Virus record (IMG/VR): IMGVR_UViG_3300010265_000001
Direction: 5' to 3' (one strand)
Length of the DNA stretch: 46,486 nt
Origin: a virus
Shown piece by piece: positions 34,067 through 43,334 of the stretch. Numbering within the stretch: position 1 is the first letter of the stretch; each line of letters begins with the position of its first letter. Under the pieces are notes generated by a model, which saw nothing but the letters and a program-made list of their open reading frames with translations, searched no databases and was not told the DNA's origin. The translations under genes were made by a program, and so were the position numbers.

Positions 34067-34363
34067 ATGAATACCAACACAATGGAAACAAGGCGCGAAA
34101 GCTACGAAGCTATAAAACCAAAGAGAACCGACCGCAGGAACCTGATCCTCGAGATCCTCGGCTCCAGACAAATGACGGCCAGCGAGATAACTGAGGAGCT
34201 GCTGGCCAAGGGCTACATCAAATACTATGATCGCAACTTCGTGGCCCCTCGCCTCACCGAGCTGAAGGAGGCCGGCATCGTTGAAACCGTCGGGAAAAGG
34301 CTCTGCAAGCGCACCAACAAGAACGTCGCCGTGTGGGCCAGAAGGGAGCAGCCATGCAGGTAA
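34067..34363 (+). CDS. Stand-alone winged-helix DNA-binding protein (paralogue of the methyltransferase C-terminus)
   Basis: MTASEITEELLAKGY...VAPRLTELKEAGIVETVGKRLCKRTNKNVAVW aligns with LTANELTEQLRTMGH...VSPCLTKLKAAGIIKTAGKRPCTKTGKMAVVW. Confidence 0.65.
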   Translation: MNTNTMETRRESYEAIKPKRTDRRNLILEILGSRQMTASEITEELLAKGYIKYYDRNFVAPRLTELKEAGIVETVGKRLCKRTNKNVAVWARREQPCR

Positions 34364-35124
34364 CAAGTTCGGATATTAAAAAGGCGCTGGCCAAGAAGCA
34401 CGGGAACCGTGAGTTCTTTATAACTGAGTGCAAGAACGGGCCAACCGGGACGGGACTGCTGCAATTCGATGGGCTCGCTATCTATAAGAGCTGGGCCCAT
34501 CCCAACATCGTCGGCTATGAGATAAAGGTCAGCCGCAGCGACTTCCTCCGGGATGCAAAATACTCCAGATACCTGCCATACTGCCACGAGTTCTACTTCG
34601 TAACACCGACCGGAATGGTGCAGCGTCAGGAAGTCGAGGAAAGCATCGGGCTCATATGGTACAACCCGGCAACCGGCAGCTTGACCACCAAGAAAAAGGC
34701 CATCCACCGAAACATTGAGATCAACGCCGATATGCTCCTTTATATCATCATGAACAGGCTCGACAGCGACCGCCTACCTTTCCACTCTACTCAGGCTGAA
34801 TACTGGAAGGACTGGCTGAACAATAAGATCAGCAACCGGGAGCTCGGCTGGCAAGTCAAGAGCAAACTGTTCGACCAGATCCGGGAGCTCGAACAGGAAA
34901 ATCGGAGGTTAAAGGACGCAAAAGAGGAGCTCGACGAATACAACAAGATCCTCAAGGTCATGAAAAAGCACGGCCTCAACACATGGTACAACGTGGCCGA
35001 GTCGCTCGACACGGCACTCTCTCGTCCTTATCCGGCAGAGCTCGACACCGTTCTCAATCAGCTTCAGACCGCCATCAAGGAGATCGACAAGCTGAAGGCA
35101 AAGAGCCCGGAGGTTCCAGAGTAA
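34354..35124 (+). CDS. PD-(D/E)XK nuclease-like protein (MmcB-like) with a C-terminal coiled coil
   Basis: FDGLAIYKSWAHPNIVGYEIKVSRSDFLRD is a D...E-x-K pattern seen in the MmcB-like family. Confidence 0.5.
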   Translation: MQVTSSDIKKALAKKHGNREFFITECKNGPTGTGLLQFDGLAIYKSWAHPNIVGYEIKVSRSDFLRDAKYSRYLPYCHEFYFVTPTGMVQRQEVEESIGLIWYNPATGSLTTKKKAIHRNIEINADMLLYIIMNRLDSDRLPFHSTQAEYWKDWLNNKISNRELGWQVKSKLFDQIRELEQENRRLKDAKEELDEYNKILKVMKKHGLNTWYNVAESLDTALSRPYPAELDTVLNQLQTAIKEIDKLKAKSPEVPE

Positions 35125-35459
35125 TGGCAAGCGGGTGCATTTTGGCCACCTGCCCGGTGTGCGGCGAGCTCATATGGGAGGACGACAGCTTCGAGATCGT
35201 GGAGCTGCCGGCAACCATGAACGGCAAGCGTGAGGACTTCGTGCATGACAGATGCCGGGAACTCATAAACAGAGACCGCGAGGCGGTGGCCATCATCCTC
35301 GACAAGGAGGAACAATTCAAGGAAACGCTCAGGACTAAGGACGAGCTGATCATATACCTGAAAGAAGAAAACAAACGGCTCAGGGAGCGCCTGAAATATC
35401 TGACGACTCCCCGGATCGTACCAAACCAAGACAAGGAGGATCAAGATCATGAGCAATAA
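35124..35459 (+). CDS. Small zinc-finger/coiled-coil protein
   Basis: MASGCILATCPVCGELIWED...HDRC followed by a coiled coil. TAATG coupling. Confidence 0.5.
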   Translation: MASGCILATCPVCGELIWEDDSFEIVELPATMNGKREDFVHDRCRELINRDREAVAIILDKEEQFKETLRTKDELIIYLKEENKRLRERLKYLTTPRIVPNQDKEDQDHEQ

Positions 35460-35688
35460 CAAGAAAAACAACAGAGCCGAGGGCGTCGGCTTCCTCGGCC
35501 TGCTCGCACTCTTATTCATCACCCTGAAGCTCACCGGCTTCATCGACTGGAGCTGGTGGTGGGTGCTCTCTCCTCTCTGGATACCGACGTCCATCGCTCT
35601 GCTGATCTTCGTGGTGATGCTGATCGGCGTCGTGATCACAGCGGTGGTCAAAGCAAGCAAACAAACAGACGGGAGGGAAAAGAAATGA
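35449..35688 (+). CDS. Small two-TM membrane protein
   Basis: 79 aa with two hydrophobic helices (FLGLLALLFITL, LWIPTSIALLIFVVMLIGVVI). Confidence 0.5.
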   Translation: MSNNKKNNRAEGVGFLGLLALLFITLKLTGFIDWSWWWVLSPLWIPTSIALLIFVVMLIGVVITAVVKASKQTDGREKK

Positions 35689-36479
35689 ACAAGACAAGGA
35701 TCGAATGGACTGACTACACATGGAACCCAGTGACCGGATGCCTGCATGGCTGCCCATACTGCTACGCCAGAAAAGTGGCCAACCGCTTCGGGATGGATTT
35801 CGCGCCGGGACTCGACGAGGTGGATGGCTGCAAGTATGACAGCCATGAAGGTATAGACACGATGCTTGAGCTGAACGCTCCGTTCTATAAAGGAGGCAAG
35901 AAACAGCCATACCCGATGGCCTTCCTGCCGACGTTTTTCAGGTACAAACTCGAGGAACCAACAAAGAGAAAGAAGCCAGCCACGATCTTCGTGTGCAGCA
36001 TGGCCGATCTGTTCGGAGAATGGGTACCAGATAAATGGATCCTCGAGGTATTCGACGCCTGCAAGGCAGCACCATGGCACAATTACCTATTCCTCACAAA
36101 GAACCCGCAACGATACTGCAAACTCGCAGACGCTGGAAAGCTGCCAGAGCTCGACAACTTCTGGTACGGCTCCACAATAACAAAGCCCGGCGAGTGTATG
36201 TTTGCCGGGAGTATTCACTGGAACACCTTCCTCAGCATCGAGCCACTACTCGAACCGCTGGACGTCGGGATCGGCAGCTTCGGAGGTGCCAAGTGGATCA
36301 TTATCGGAGCAGAAACCGGAAACCGCGCCGGAAAGGTCAAACCTGAGCGCGCGTGGATCGAAAGCATCGTCAAGGCTGCAAGACTGACACAAGCGGCCGT
36401 TCTTATGAAGGACAGCCTGATCCCGATCGTCGGCGAGGAGAACATGATCCGGGAGTTCCCTGAAGCTCTCAAAATATAA
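35685..36479 (+). CDS. Phage Gp37/Gp68-family protein (DUF5131)
   Basis: N-terminus MNKTRIEWTDYTWNPVTGCLHGCPYCYA is the hallmark of this family. Confidence 0.8.
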   Translation: MNKTRIEWTDYTWNPVTGCLHGCPYCYARKVANRFGMDFAPGLDEVDGCKYDSHEGIDTMLELNAPFYKGGKKQPYPMAFLPTFFRYKLEEPTKRKKPATIFVCSMADLFGEWVPDKWILEVFDACKAAPWHNYLFLTKNPQRYCKLADAGKLPELDNFWYGSTITKPGECMFAGSIHWNTFLSIEPLLEPLDVGIGSFGGAKWIIIGAETGNRAGKVKPERAWIESIVKAARLTQAAVLMKDSLIPIVGEENMIREFPEALKI

Positions 36480-36497
36480 GAACAGGAGGTCAAAATC

Positions 36498-36764
36498 ATG
36501 AATATAAGCAAGATCATGAGAGACATAGCAGTGATGCAGATTATCAATGTCTACGAGGCAATAAAAGGCCCGGCATCAGAGGAACTTATTAATGCTCTCA
36601 AAAAAGCATCAGCCTCCGAACTTACGGAAGCAGCGAGTTATTTGCCGGCAATAATTCAAACGGCCATACTGAACCAAGCATGGCAAGATTATGAAAGAGA
36701 AAAGGAAAAGCAAAGCGAACCATCTACTCATATGGCAATTATTAAAAAAATGTTTGAGAACTAA
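36498..36764 (+). CDS. Hypothetical protein
   Basis: 88-aa ORF, RBS caggagg. Confidence 0.45.
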   Translation: MNISKIMRDIAVMQIINVYEAIKGPASEELINALKKASASELTEAASYLPAIIQTAILNQAWQDYEREKEKQSEPSTHMAIIKKMFEN

Positions 36765-36776
36765 GGAGGCGTAACG

Positions 36777-37505
36777 ATGAAATTATCACTATTTTCAATA
36801 ATCGGCGGCACGTTCTACCAGTTCAGCGACGTGCCAATCACAGAGGAAACTCTCAGACAGTTCGAGGAGGAGGTTGGCAACAAAGTGACCGAAAGACTCA
36901 GCAGCATAGCCCCTATCCTCACCTCACTGATAAAGATCACGCCCGAGCTCGTGGTCAGTGATGAACACAACGGCGACGTCATGGTGAAGGACATCATCCT
37001 CGAAACCAAGGATCTGGCAGCTGCGTCCGCTGCTTCGGTGGTCACAATGGCAGGAGACGACACAAAAAAGCTGGAACAGTCCGAAGGCTGCTATCACTGC
37101 AAAGACGGATTTTTTCGGGATATACTCGGAAACCCTTGCTGGTATGACTTCTGTCCGTCATGTGGCCGAAAACTCGACAGAGACGCGGCACTCATAGATC
37201 CGGCCGTGTTCATAACAAGGCATGAGGCCCTTCAGCTCGTAAACAACGAGCGCAACCGTCAGGACGCGAAATGGGGAGAACAAAACCACGCGCCTCAATA
37301 CTGGACAGGGATCCTCGGTGAGGAATATGGCGAATATTGCCAAGCAGTCAACGAGACGGTATTCTTCAACGGCGAGGAAGCTCGGAAGCTGGGCGGCTAT
37401 GACAACATGATGAAGGAGCTCACCCATGTGGCAGCCGTGGCCGTCGGGGCCATGGAGGCACTCATGAGAGCAAAGATTCAGGAAGGCGGTGAAAACGATG
37501 CGTAA
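36777..37505 (+). CDS. Protein with a central zinc ribbon and a C-terminal MazG-like NTP pyrophosphohydrolase domain
   Basis: CYHCKDG...CPSCG, then NNERNRQDAKWGEQNH...WTGILGEEYGEYCQAV, which fits the MazG-type EExGE pattern. Confidence 0.55.
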   Translation: MKLSLFSIIGGTFYQFSDVPITEETLRQFEEEVGNKVTERLSSIAPILTSLIKITPELVVSDEHNGDVMVKDIILETKDLAAASAASVVTMAGDDTKKLEQSEGCYHCKDGFFRDILGNPCWYDFCPSCGRKLDRDAALIDPAVFITRHEALQLVNNERNRQDAKWGEQNHAPQYWTGILGEEYGEYCQAVNETVFFNGEEARKLGGYDNMMKELTHVAAVAVGAMEALMRAKIQEGGENDA

Positions 37506-37821
37506 ATTAACACCGGAACAGGCACTAATCAGGAGAGTCAGGAAGCACCGCGAAATATGTAAGGCCCTGAACGACACATATGCAAAGAAGAACGCCGACT
37601 ACGGCAACGCCTTCGGCGACACCTTCCAAGAGCTCGGCATCGTCTCGGCAGTGACAAGGATCATAGATAAAACCAACCGCCTGAAATCGCTATGCAGGCC
37701 CGGAGCTGATCAGAAGGTCAACGACGAAAGCATCCGGGACACCCTTCTGGATCTGGCCAACTATGCGATCATGACGGTGATGGAAATGGACGCTCAGGGA
37801 GGTGACGGATCCAATGGCTAA
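37489..37821 (+). CDS. DUF1599-like protein (nucleotide-modification-associated domain, from memory)
   Basis: LNDTYAKKNADYGNAFGDTF...IIDKTNRLKSL...DTLLDLANYAIM matches my recollection of DUF1599. The start may be ATG 37498. Confidence 0.5.
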   Translation: MKTMRKLTPEQALIRRVRKHREICKALNDTYAKKNADYGNAFGDTFQELGIVSAVTRIIDKTNRLKSLCRPGADQKVNDESIRDTLLDLANYAIMTVMEMDAQGGDGSNG

Positions 37822-39205
37822 GAAGAAACCAAAGCCGGACGCAGATGCTCCGGAGCTCTTTGACTACCAAACAACCGCAGAGCCCAAAGCGTGGGCCGAC
37901 GGGATCCCGGTATTCTGCGCCCATGACGCCATCGTCAAGACCTCGGAGCTCAAGCCGAACCCGAAGAACCCAAACCAGCACCCTCCTGAACAGGTGAAAC
38001 TCCTCGGGGCTATTATCCGGGGCCAAGGATGGCGCGGGCCGATCACCGTCAGCACTCGCAGCGGCCTGATCGTCAGAGGACACGGCCGACTAATGGCTGC
38101 GCAGCTGGAGGATCTGGCTGAGGTTCCGGTCGATTATCAGAATTACGCAAACGAGGCCGAAGAAATGGCCGACCTCGTGGCCGACAACAGGATCGCGGAG
38201 CTCAGCGACCCCGACACCAAGATGCTGGCCGAGGTATTCGCAGACATAGACACCGGAGAGATCCCCTTCATGCTCTCCGGATATACCGAGGAGGAATATG
38301 GCAACATCGTCAGCGCCCTCTCTGAGGCCATCCATGCGAAAGAGCTCGAGGATCCGGATGCCGTCATCGAACCACCGGCCGAACCGGTCACTCAATACGG
38401 AGACCTCTGGATCCTCGGACGCCATCGAGTCCTCTGTGGAAACTGCACGGAGCAAAAAGACAGGGATCTGCTGCTCAATGGTGCGACACCGGAGATCCTT
38501 CTCACTGACCCGCCCTACTGCTCAGGAGGAAGCAAGGAGAGCGACAAGAGCAACGGCAGCATCGGAACCGTGAGAAAAGGCGAACCCGTACCGATGATCG
38601 CCAACGACATCCTCAGCACCCGAGGCTATCAGAACTTGATCCGGAACGCCCTCACAAACATCCCCTGCCTCTTTGCTTATATCTTCACAGACTGGAGAAT
38701 GTGGGTGTATTTATTCGACCTCGTGGAGGCCAGCGGCTTCGGAGTCAAGCAGATGCTCGTCTGGAATAAAGGTACGCCGGGCATGGGCGTCGGTTGGAGA
38801 TCACAGCATGAGCTCATAATGTACGCAGCGCGAGGCGAGAGCAAATTTGACGGCCACAAAGGTTACAGCAACGTCCTCGAGTGCTCCAGATCGGGCAACG
38901 AGTTCCACCCGACTCAGAAACCGGTCGAGCTGATCGGCATGATAATCGACAACACGCTATGGGCTAAAGGAGTATATGACCCCTTCGGAGGCTCCGGCAC
39001 GACACTGATCGCCTGCGAGCAATATGATCAGACCTGCTACACCATGGAGCTGACGCCGGCCTTCACCGACGTGATCGTCAAGCGCTACATAAGAGCAACA
39101 GGAAAACAGAACGTCAAATGCATCAGAAACGGGCAAGAGCTTCCTCGTGAGGCCATAGAGAGAATATTCGAGCCCGGTGACATAGGAGGAGGTGAAAGGG
39201 AGTGA
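37814..39205 (+). CDS. ParB-like nuclease domain fused to an N4/N6 DNA methyltransferase
   Basis: N-terminal ParB-N-like region (LKPNPKNPNQHP...GPITV...IVRGHGRL). MTase motifs LLTDPPY and HPTQKPVEL. Confidence 0.8.
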   Translation: MAKKKPKPDADAPELFDYQTTAEPKAWADGIPVFCAHDAIVKTSELKPNPKNPNQHPPEQVKLLGAIIRGQGWRGPITVSTRSGLIVRGHGRLMAAQLEDLAEVPVDYQNYANEAEEMADLVADNRIAELSDPDTKMLAEVFADIDTGEIPFMLSGYTEEEYGNIVSALSEAIHAKELEDPDAVIEPPAEPVTQYGDLWILGRHRVLCGNCTEQKDRDLLLNGATPEILLTDPPYCSGGSKESDKSNGSIGTVRKGEPVPMIANDILSTRGYQNLIRNALTNIPCLFAYIFTDWRMWVYLFDLVEASGFGVKQMLVWNKGTPGMGVGWRSQHELIMYAARGESKFDGHKGYSNVLECSRSGNEFHPTQKPVELIGMIIDNTLWAKGVYDPFGGSGTTLIACEQYDQTCYTMELTPAFTDVIVKRYIRATGKQNVKCIRNGQELPREAIERIFEPGDIGGGERE

Positions 39206-39217
39206 TGCCCTGAACAA

Positions 39218-39760
39218 ATGACGAGAACACAGCCGCAAACCATCAAGGAAAGATTAAAGGAGTACACGGCCATGCTCCGGGAGATCGACAACCAGATCGA
39301 GCGCCTCGAACGTATGGAGGCGACCATGACCTCCCCTTCTGGCCCAAACCTCACAGGGATGCCGAGAGCAAGCGGAAACACCAGCGACCGCGTCGCCATT
39401 CAAGTGGCCCGCAAAATAGAGCTTGAGGAGACTATCAAAAAAGCCATCGAGGAAGAACGCAAGGAGCGCGAGGCCATTGAGATCATGGTGCAGCAAATAA
39501 AGAAACCGGACGAGCGCGCCGTCATTCGCCTCCGCTACTTCGACCGGGCAGAGTGGCCGGAAATATGCAAGATCCTGTTCGGTGAGTCTGAGGACTTTGA
39601 CGTCAACACTGACAACTATATGCGCAAGACATTCAGGATCCACGGTACGGCCTTAATTAGCCTCGCTGAGGTGGCTGGAGAAAGCTCAAAGGGTAAACCT
39701 ATACCAGAGCCGAGAAACACGCCAGAAAAGGCACACAGCGCCTCAAAACGGACAAAATGA
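39218..39760 (+). CDS. Late-gene transcriptional regulator (sigma-70 region-4-like, ArpU/RinA/DUF1492-type)
   Basis: GMPRASGNTSDRVA...DERAVIRLRYFD...WPEICKIL is a sigma r4-like HTH. Positioned just upstream of the packaging genes. Confidence 0.6.
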   Translation: MTRTQPQTIKERLKEYTAMLREIDNQIERLERMEATMTSPSGPNLTGMPRASGNTSDRVAIQVARKIELEETIKKAIEEERKEREAIEIMVQQIKKPDERAVIRLRYFDRAEWPEICKILFGESEDFDVNTDNYMRKTFRIHGTALISLAEVAGESSKGKPIPEPRNTPEKAHSASKRTK

Positions 39761-39846
39761 GAGGAAACCGTATAAAATGGCATTGAAATATATGGCGAAC
39801 GATGTTACGGTATATCGTGAAGAAATCCGGAGAGCGTACGGAGAGC

Positions 39847-39868
39847 GACCGCCGGTCGACCGCCAAAC
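39847..39868. repeat. Two further iteron-like 11-bp units (gaccgccggtc, gaccgccaaac)
   Basis: Same core and phasing as the clusters at 29518 and 29949. Lies in non-coding DNA before a terminator. Confidence 0.55.
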
Positions 39869-39884
39869 GTCCAAAGGATAACCG

Positions 39885-39920
39885 AAAAACGTCAGGGAAT
39901 ACAACTCCCCGGCGTTTTTT
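39885..39920 (+). terminator. Rho-independent terminator between the early/late-regulator region and the packaging genes
   Basis: Stem acgtcaggg/ccccggcgt with one mismatch, followed by tttttt. Confidence 0.65.
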
Positions 39921-39944
39921 ATTTGCCCAAAAGGAGGGATCGTC

Positions 39945-40586
39945 ATGGCATCCAAAACCAGCGGATCCATGAACATCAGACTCAAGGGATATGCCAACCT
40001 CGTGAAAGAGCTCCACAAGATCAACAAGGACAGCGAGACGGTAATCAAGCGAACGACGAGCGACTTCAAAAGCCGAGCTCCTGCATGGGTGGCAGCTGCC
40101 GTCAGTCAGACCTACGGGATCAAGAAGTCGGAGATCACCAAGGCCAAGACATCGGCCAAGCCCGTCGGCAAGATCGTCGTCGCCGGCTTAATGGTCGACA
40201 ACGTGCAGCTCACATTCTCCGGCCGAGTCCTGACGCCGACACACTTCAACATGAAGCCAAAGTCCAGACCGAAATCGACAAAGGACGAAACCGGGAAAAC
40301 TATCAGGAGGGCCAAGAGCTATACAGTCACGGCCGAGATCTTCAGGGGCCAACGCAAGGCGCTCGGTTCCAACGTGTTCCTCGGCACCAACAAAGGAACG
40401 GCCGACATCCCATTCCAAAGGGTGGGCCAAAGCCGCACACCGATCAAAGCCGTCAAGACGCTGAGCATCCCGCAGATGATCACCAACGAGGACGTCGCTG
40501 CTCAAATCCAAAAGAACATCGACGAGGGCCTCACCAAGAGGCTGGAGCACCACATCAAACAAGCCATGGCCAAGCAAGGCAAATAG
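39945..40586 (+). CDS. Minor tail protein Z-like (tail completion), encoded away from the tail module
   Basis: 213 aa. The N-terminus MNIRLKGYANLVKELHKI, a basic centre and ...IPFQRVGQSRTPIKAVKTLSIPQM resemble the lambda gpZ pattern. RBS aaaggaggg. Confidence 0.45.
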   Translation: MASKTSGSMNIRLKGYANLVKELHKINKDSETVIKRTTSDFKSRAPAWVAAAVSQTYGIKKSEITKAKTSAKPVGKIVVAGLMVDNVQLTFSGRVLTPTHFNMKPKSRPKSTKDETGKTIRRAKSYTVTAEIFRGQRKALGSNVFLGTNKGTADIPFQRVGQSRTPIKAVKTLSIPQMITNEDVAAQIQKNIDEGLTKRLEHHIKQAMAKQGK

Positions 40587-40847
40587 GAGCCACACAAAAG
40601 CTCCAGAATGGCATCAGACGCACGATAACCGACCAAGCCGACCAAATATATCGTCCAAGCCCAAAAGGAACGAATACAGGCCAAAATAAACGCACAGGGA
40701 ACGATCAGACGCGCAACCAAATGCGCAAGGTACTTCCGCTGATCCTTTTTCGCCTGCGGTGCTGGCGAGCCCGGGAATCGTGTAGTCAAGGAAAAATTTT
40801 TTCAGGGCGTTTCGTTACGCAAAATCGGCAGGAAAGGAGTGAACGCC
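40587..40847. other. 260-bp non-coding region upstream of the Nu1-like terS, candidate cos/packaging-recognition region
   Basis: The longest intergenic gap among the structural and packaging genes. Contains direct repeats (ccgaccaa x2) and short dyads (gcgcaaccaaatgcgc). The lambda-type terminase implies cos packaging. Confidence 0.35.
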
Positions 40848-41432
40848 ATGCCGGAAAGTGAAGGAAGCAGAACGCCGATAAATGCGCAGAAAGCCGACGT
40901 TATTGCCAAGCTGTTCGGCGTGTCAGTTCGCCGGGTGCAGCAGCTCACACAGGAGGGCATCATCAACACCATCCGCGTCGGTAATGCGAACAGGTACGAC
41001 CTGCTCCCTACTATTCAGAAATATATCAGATACCTCCAAGACAAAGCCAACGGCCGGGAAGCTAAAAAGGACGACGGTTCCGAAAGTCGGAAGCTGAAGG
41101 CTGAAGCTGACCTGAAGGAAAGCAAGGCAAAAATGGCCGAGCTTGAGCTCAAGGAGCTGGAGGGCAAAATGCACCGCAGCGAGGACGTCGAAGCGATGAC
41201 CATGGATCTGGTATATACGATCCGGAGTATGATCATGGCCCTGCCCGGGCGTCTCGCTGTTGACGCTGCCAACACAACAACAGCCGCGGAGGCTTCGGAG
41301 CTTATCAAGAAGGAATGCCACCACATCCTCAACGAGCTCGCGAACTACCGATACGATCCCGAGGCATACAAACGGCGGGTAAGGGATCGCCAAGGCTGGA
41401 GAGAGCTGGAGGACGATGACCCGAGCGACTAA
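40848..41432 (+). CDS. terS: Terminase small subunit (Nu1-like)
   Basis: N-terminal HTH INAQKADVIAKLFGVSVRRVQQLTQEGII as in Nu1, followed by a coiled coil. Overlaps the terL start. Confidence 0.75.
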   Translation: MPESEGSRTPINAQKADVIAKLFGVSVRRVQQLTQEGIINTIRVGNANRYDLLPTIQKYIRYLQDKANGREAKKDDGSESRKLKAEADLKESKAKMAELELKELEGKMHRSEDVEAMTMDLVYTIRSMIMALPGRLAVDAANTTTAAEASELIKKECHHILNELANYRYDPEAYKRRVRDRQGWRELEDDDPSD

Positions 41433-43314
41433 GCGGGAGATCGAGAGGCTCAACGCTGCTATCTCGGGAGCGGTAAAGAACTTCGCACCACCCGAGAGCC
41501 TCACCGTGGCAGAATGGGCCGACAGGAACCGCCGCCTCTCACCCGAGAACTCGGCAGAGGCAGGGCCGTGGAGAACCTCAAGAACCCCATATCTGAAGGA
41601 ACCGATGGAAGCCTTCAATGATCCGAAGGTGCACAAGATCGTTATGGTTGCAGCGTCGCAGGTCGGAAAGTCTGAGCTCATACTGAACATCATCGGCTAC
41701 ATCATAGACCAAGACCCCGGGAGCATCCTATTCGTCCAACCTACCCTTGAGGATGCCCGGAAGTTCAGCCGCCTCCGTATCGCTCCCATGATCCGAGACA
41801 GCAAGCCTCTGAAGGCAAAAGTCTCAGACGTAAAGACAAGAGACAGCGGCAACACGATCCTCCAGAAAGCCTTCCCCGGTGGTATGCTGACGATCACCGG
41901 CTCGAACAGCGCCTCAGCTCTGGCATCAACTCCGGCCCGTTACATACTGGGCGACGAGCGCGACCGCTGGGCCATTAGTGCCGGCACCGAGGGAGATCCG
42001 TGGTCACTGGCTGAGGCCAGACAGGCCACATTCTACAACGCCAAGGCTGTCGAGGTCAGCACGCCGACCATTAAAGGCTCCAGCAATATCGAGGCGTCGT
42101 TTTATCTCGGTACGCAGGAGCGCTGGTGCCATCAGTGCCCTGAGTGTGGCGAATGGCACAATATTGTATTCGATAATATCAAATTCGACTTTAAGGTCGT
42201 TAAAGTACACAACCGCAAGACCTACAAGGTGACAAGCGTCAACTGGGCCTGCCCTTCATGCGGCTGCCTATCCTCTGAGGAGGTCATGCGGAAACAACCG
42301 GCGCGCTGGATTGCCGAGAACCCGGGAGCATATGAGAACGGGATCCGGTCATTCTGGCTCAATGCTTTCTCAAGCCCGTGGATGCCATGGGAGAAAATCG
42401 TCCGGAGGTTCCTCGAGGCCAAGCATGACCCCGAGAAGCTGAAGGTCGTATACAATACCCTGCTCGGTGAACTATGGGAAGATCGTGGCGACATCGAGGA
42501 CGAGGACACCATGCTGGCCCGTCGCGAGGAGTACGATGCGGAGCTGCCAGATGGAGTCCTCGTTCTCACCTGCGGCGTCGATACTCAGGACAATCGTCTC
42601 GAGTATGAGGTCGTCGGTCATGGCCATTATGGTGAAACGTGGGGCATAAAAAAGGGCTACATCATGGGAAAGCCGGACACGCCGGAAGTATGGCAGCGGC
42701 TTGACGATGTCATCGACCACGTTTATAAGTTCAAGAACGGGCGCGGCCTGAAGATCTCCATCACCTGCGTCGACTCAGGTGGTCACTATACTCAGGAAGT
42801 TTACAAGGCGTGCCGGGAGCGGCAGGCAAAACGTGTATTCGCCATCAAAGGAAAAGGCGGCGACGGGATCCCATATGTGAGCCCGCCGACAAAGGTGCCT
42901 ATCAAAGACAACAAGAGGATTTATTGCTGGCTTTACACGATCGGCGTCGACTCTGGAAAAGAGTCGATCATGAGCTCCCTCAAGGTTCAGGAAAAGGGCC
43001 CGAAGTATTGCCACTTCCCTCGTGGTGAGGATCGCGGGTATGACAGCAACTACTTCAATGGGCTACTCTCCGAGAAGCTCGTCCTCACTCACACCAAAAG
43101 AGGCAGCAAGTGGATGTGGGAGAAGCTGCCGGGCCATACCCGGAACGAGGCCCTCGACTGCCGCAACTATGCCATGGCCGGCCTGAAGATCATCGACCCG
43201 GACATGGACGCCGTCGAGCGGCGACTCAAAGGACTGGCCGAGCCGCAAAAACTGAAACCGGTGCAGCAGCCAAGACCACCGCGCAAAAAGCGCGATATTT
43301 TTGACGACTGGTAA
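41416..43314 (+). CDS. terL: Terminase large subunit (lambda GpA family)
   Basis: 632 aa. LTVAEWADRNRRLSPENSAEAGPWRTSRTPYLKEPMEAFNDP...VMVAASQVGKSE is the hallmark N-terminus with Walker A of the GpA family. Confidence 0.9.
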   Translation: MTRATKREIERLNAAISGAVKNFAPPESLTVAEWADRNRRLSPENSAEAGPWRTSRTPYLKEPMEAFNDPKVHKIVMVAASQVGKSELILNIIGYIIDQDPGSILFVQPTLEDARKFSRLRIAPMIRDSKPLKAKVSDVKTRDSGNTILQKAFPGGMLTITGSNSASALASTPARYILGDERDRWAISAGTEGDPWSLAEARQATFYNAKAVEVSTPTIKGSSNIEASFYLGTQERWCHQCPECGEWHNIVFDNIKFDFKVVKVHNRKTYKVTSVNWACPSCGCLSSEEVMRKQPARWIAENPGAYENGIRSFWLNAFSSPWMPWEKIVRRFLEAKHDPEKLKVVYNTLLGELWEDRGDIEDEDTMLARREEYDAELPDGVLVLTCGVDTQDNRLEYEVVGHGHYGETWGIKKGYIMGKPDTPEVWQRLDDVIDHVYKFKNGRGLKISITCVDSGGHYTQEVYKACRERQAKRVFAIKGKGGDGIPYVSPPTKVPIKDNKRIYCWLYTIGVDSGKESIMSSLKVQEKGPKYCHFPRGEDRGYDSNYFNGLLSEKLVLTHTKRGSKWMWEKLPGHTRNEALDCRNYAMAGLKIIDPDMDAVERRLKGLAEPQKLKPVQQPRPPRKKRDIFDDW

Positions 43315-43334
43315 CAGTCAAGGAGGTGACGACA

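Noticed and set aside
35064-36080. 338-aa minus-strand ORF spanning several small + strand genes
   Set aside because: It is antisense to well-supported genes, including the Gp37/Gp68 hallmark N-terminus. No motif or RBS. Judged a GC-driven spurious frame.
39777-39881. 34-aa ORF (MALKYMANDVTVYREEIRRAYGERPPVDRQTSKG) between the late regulator and the terminator
   Set aside because: It is very short, has only a weak RBS (gaggaaa at long spacing), and overlaps the iteron-like repeats. It cannot be supported from sequence alone.
39923-40861. 312-aa + strand ORF, extremely Arg/Gln/Lys-rich, overlapping the gpZ-like gene and running through the 260-bp intergenic region
   Set aside because: It is an alternative frame of a gene with a good RBS and a family-like sequence, and its composition looks like out-of-frame translation. 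It is still noteworthy that this frame stays open across the non-coding gap.
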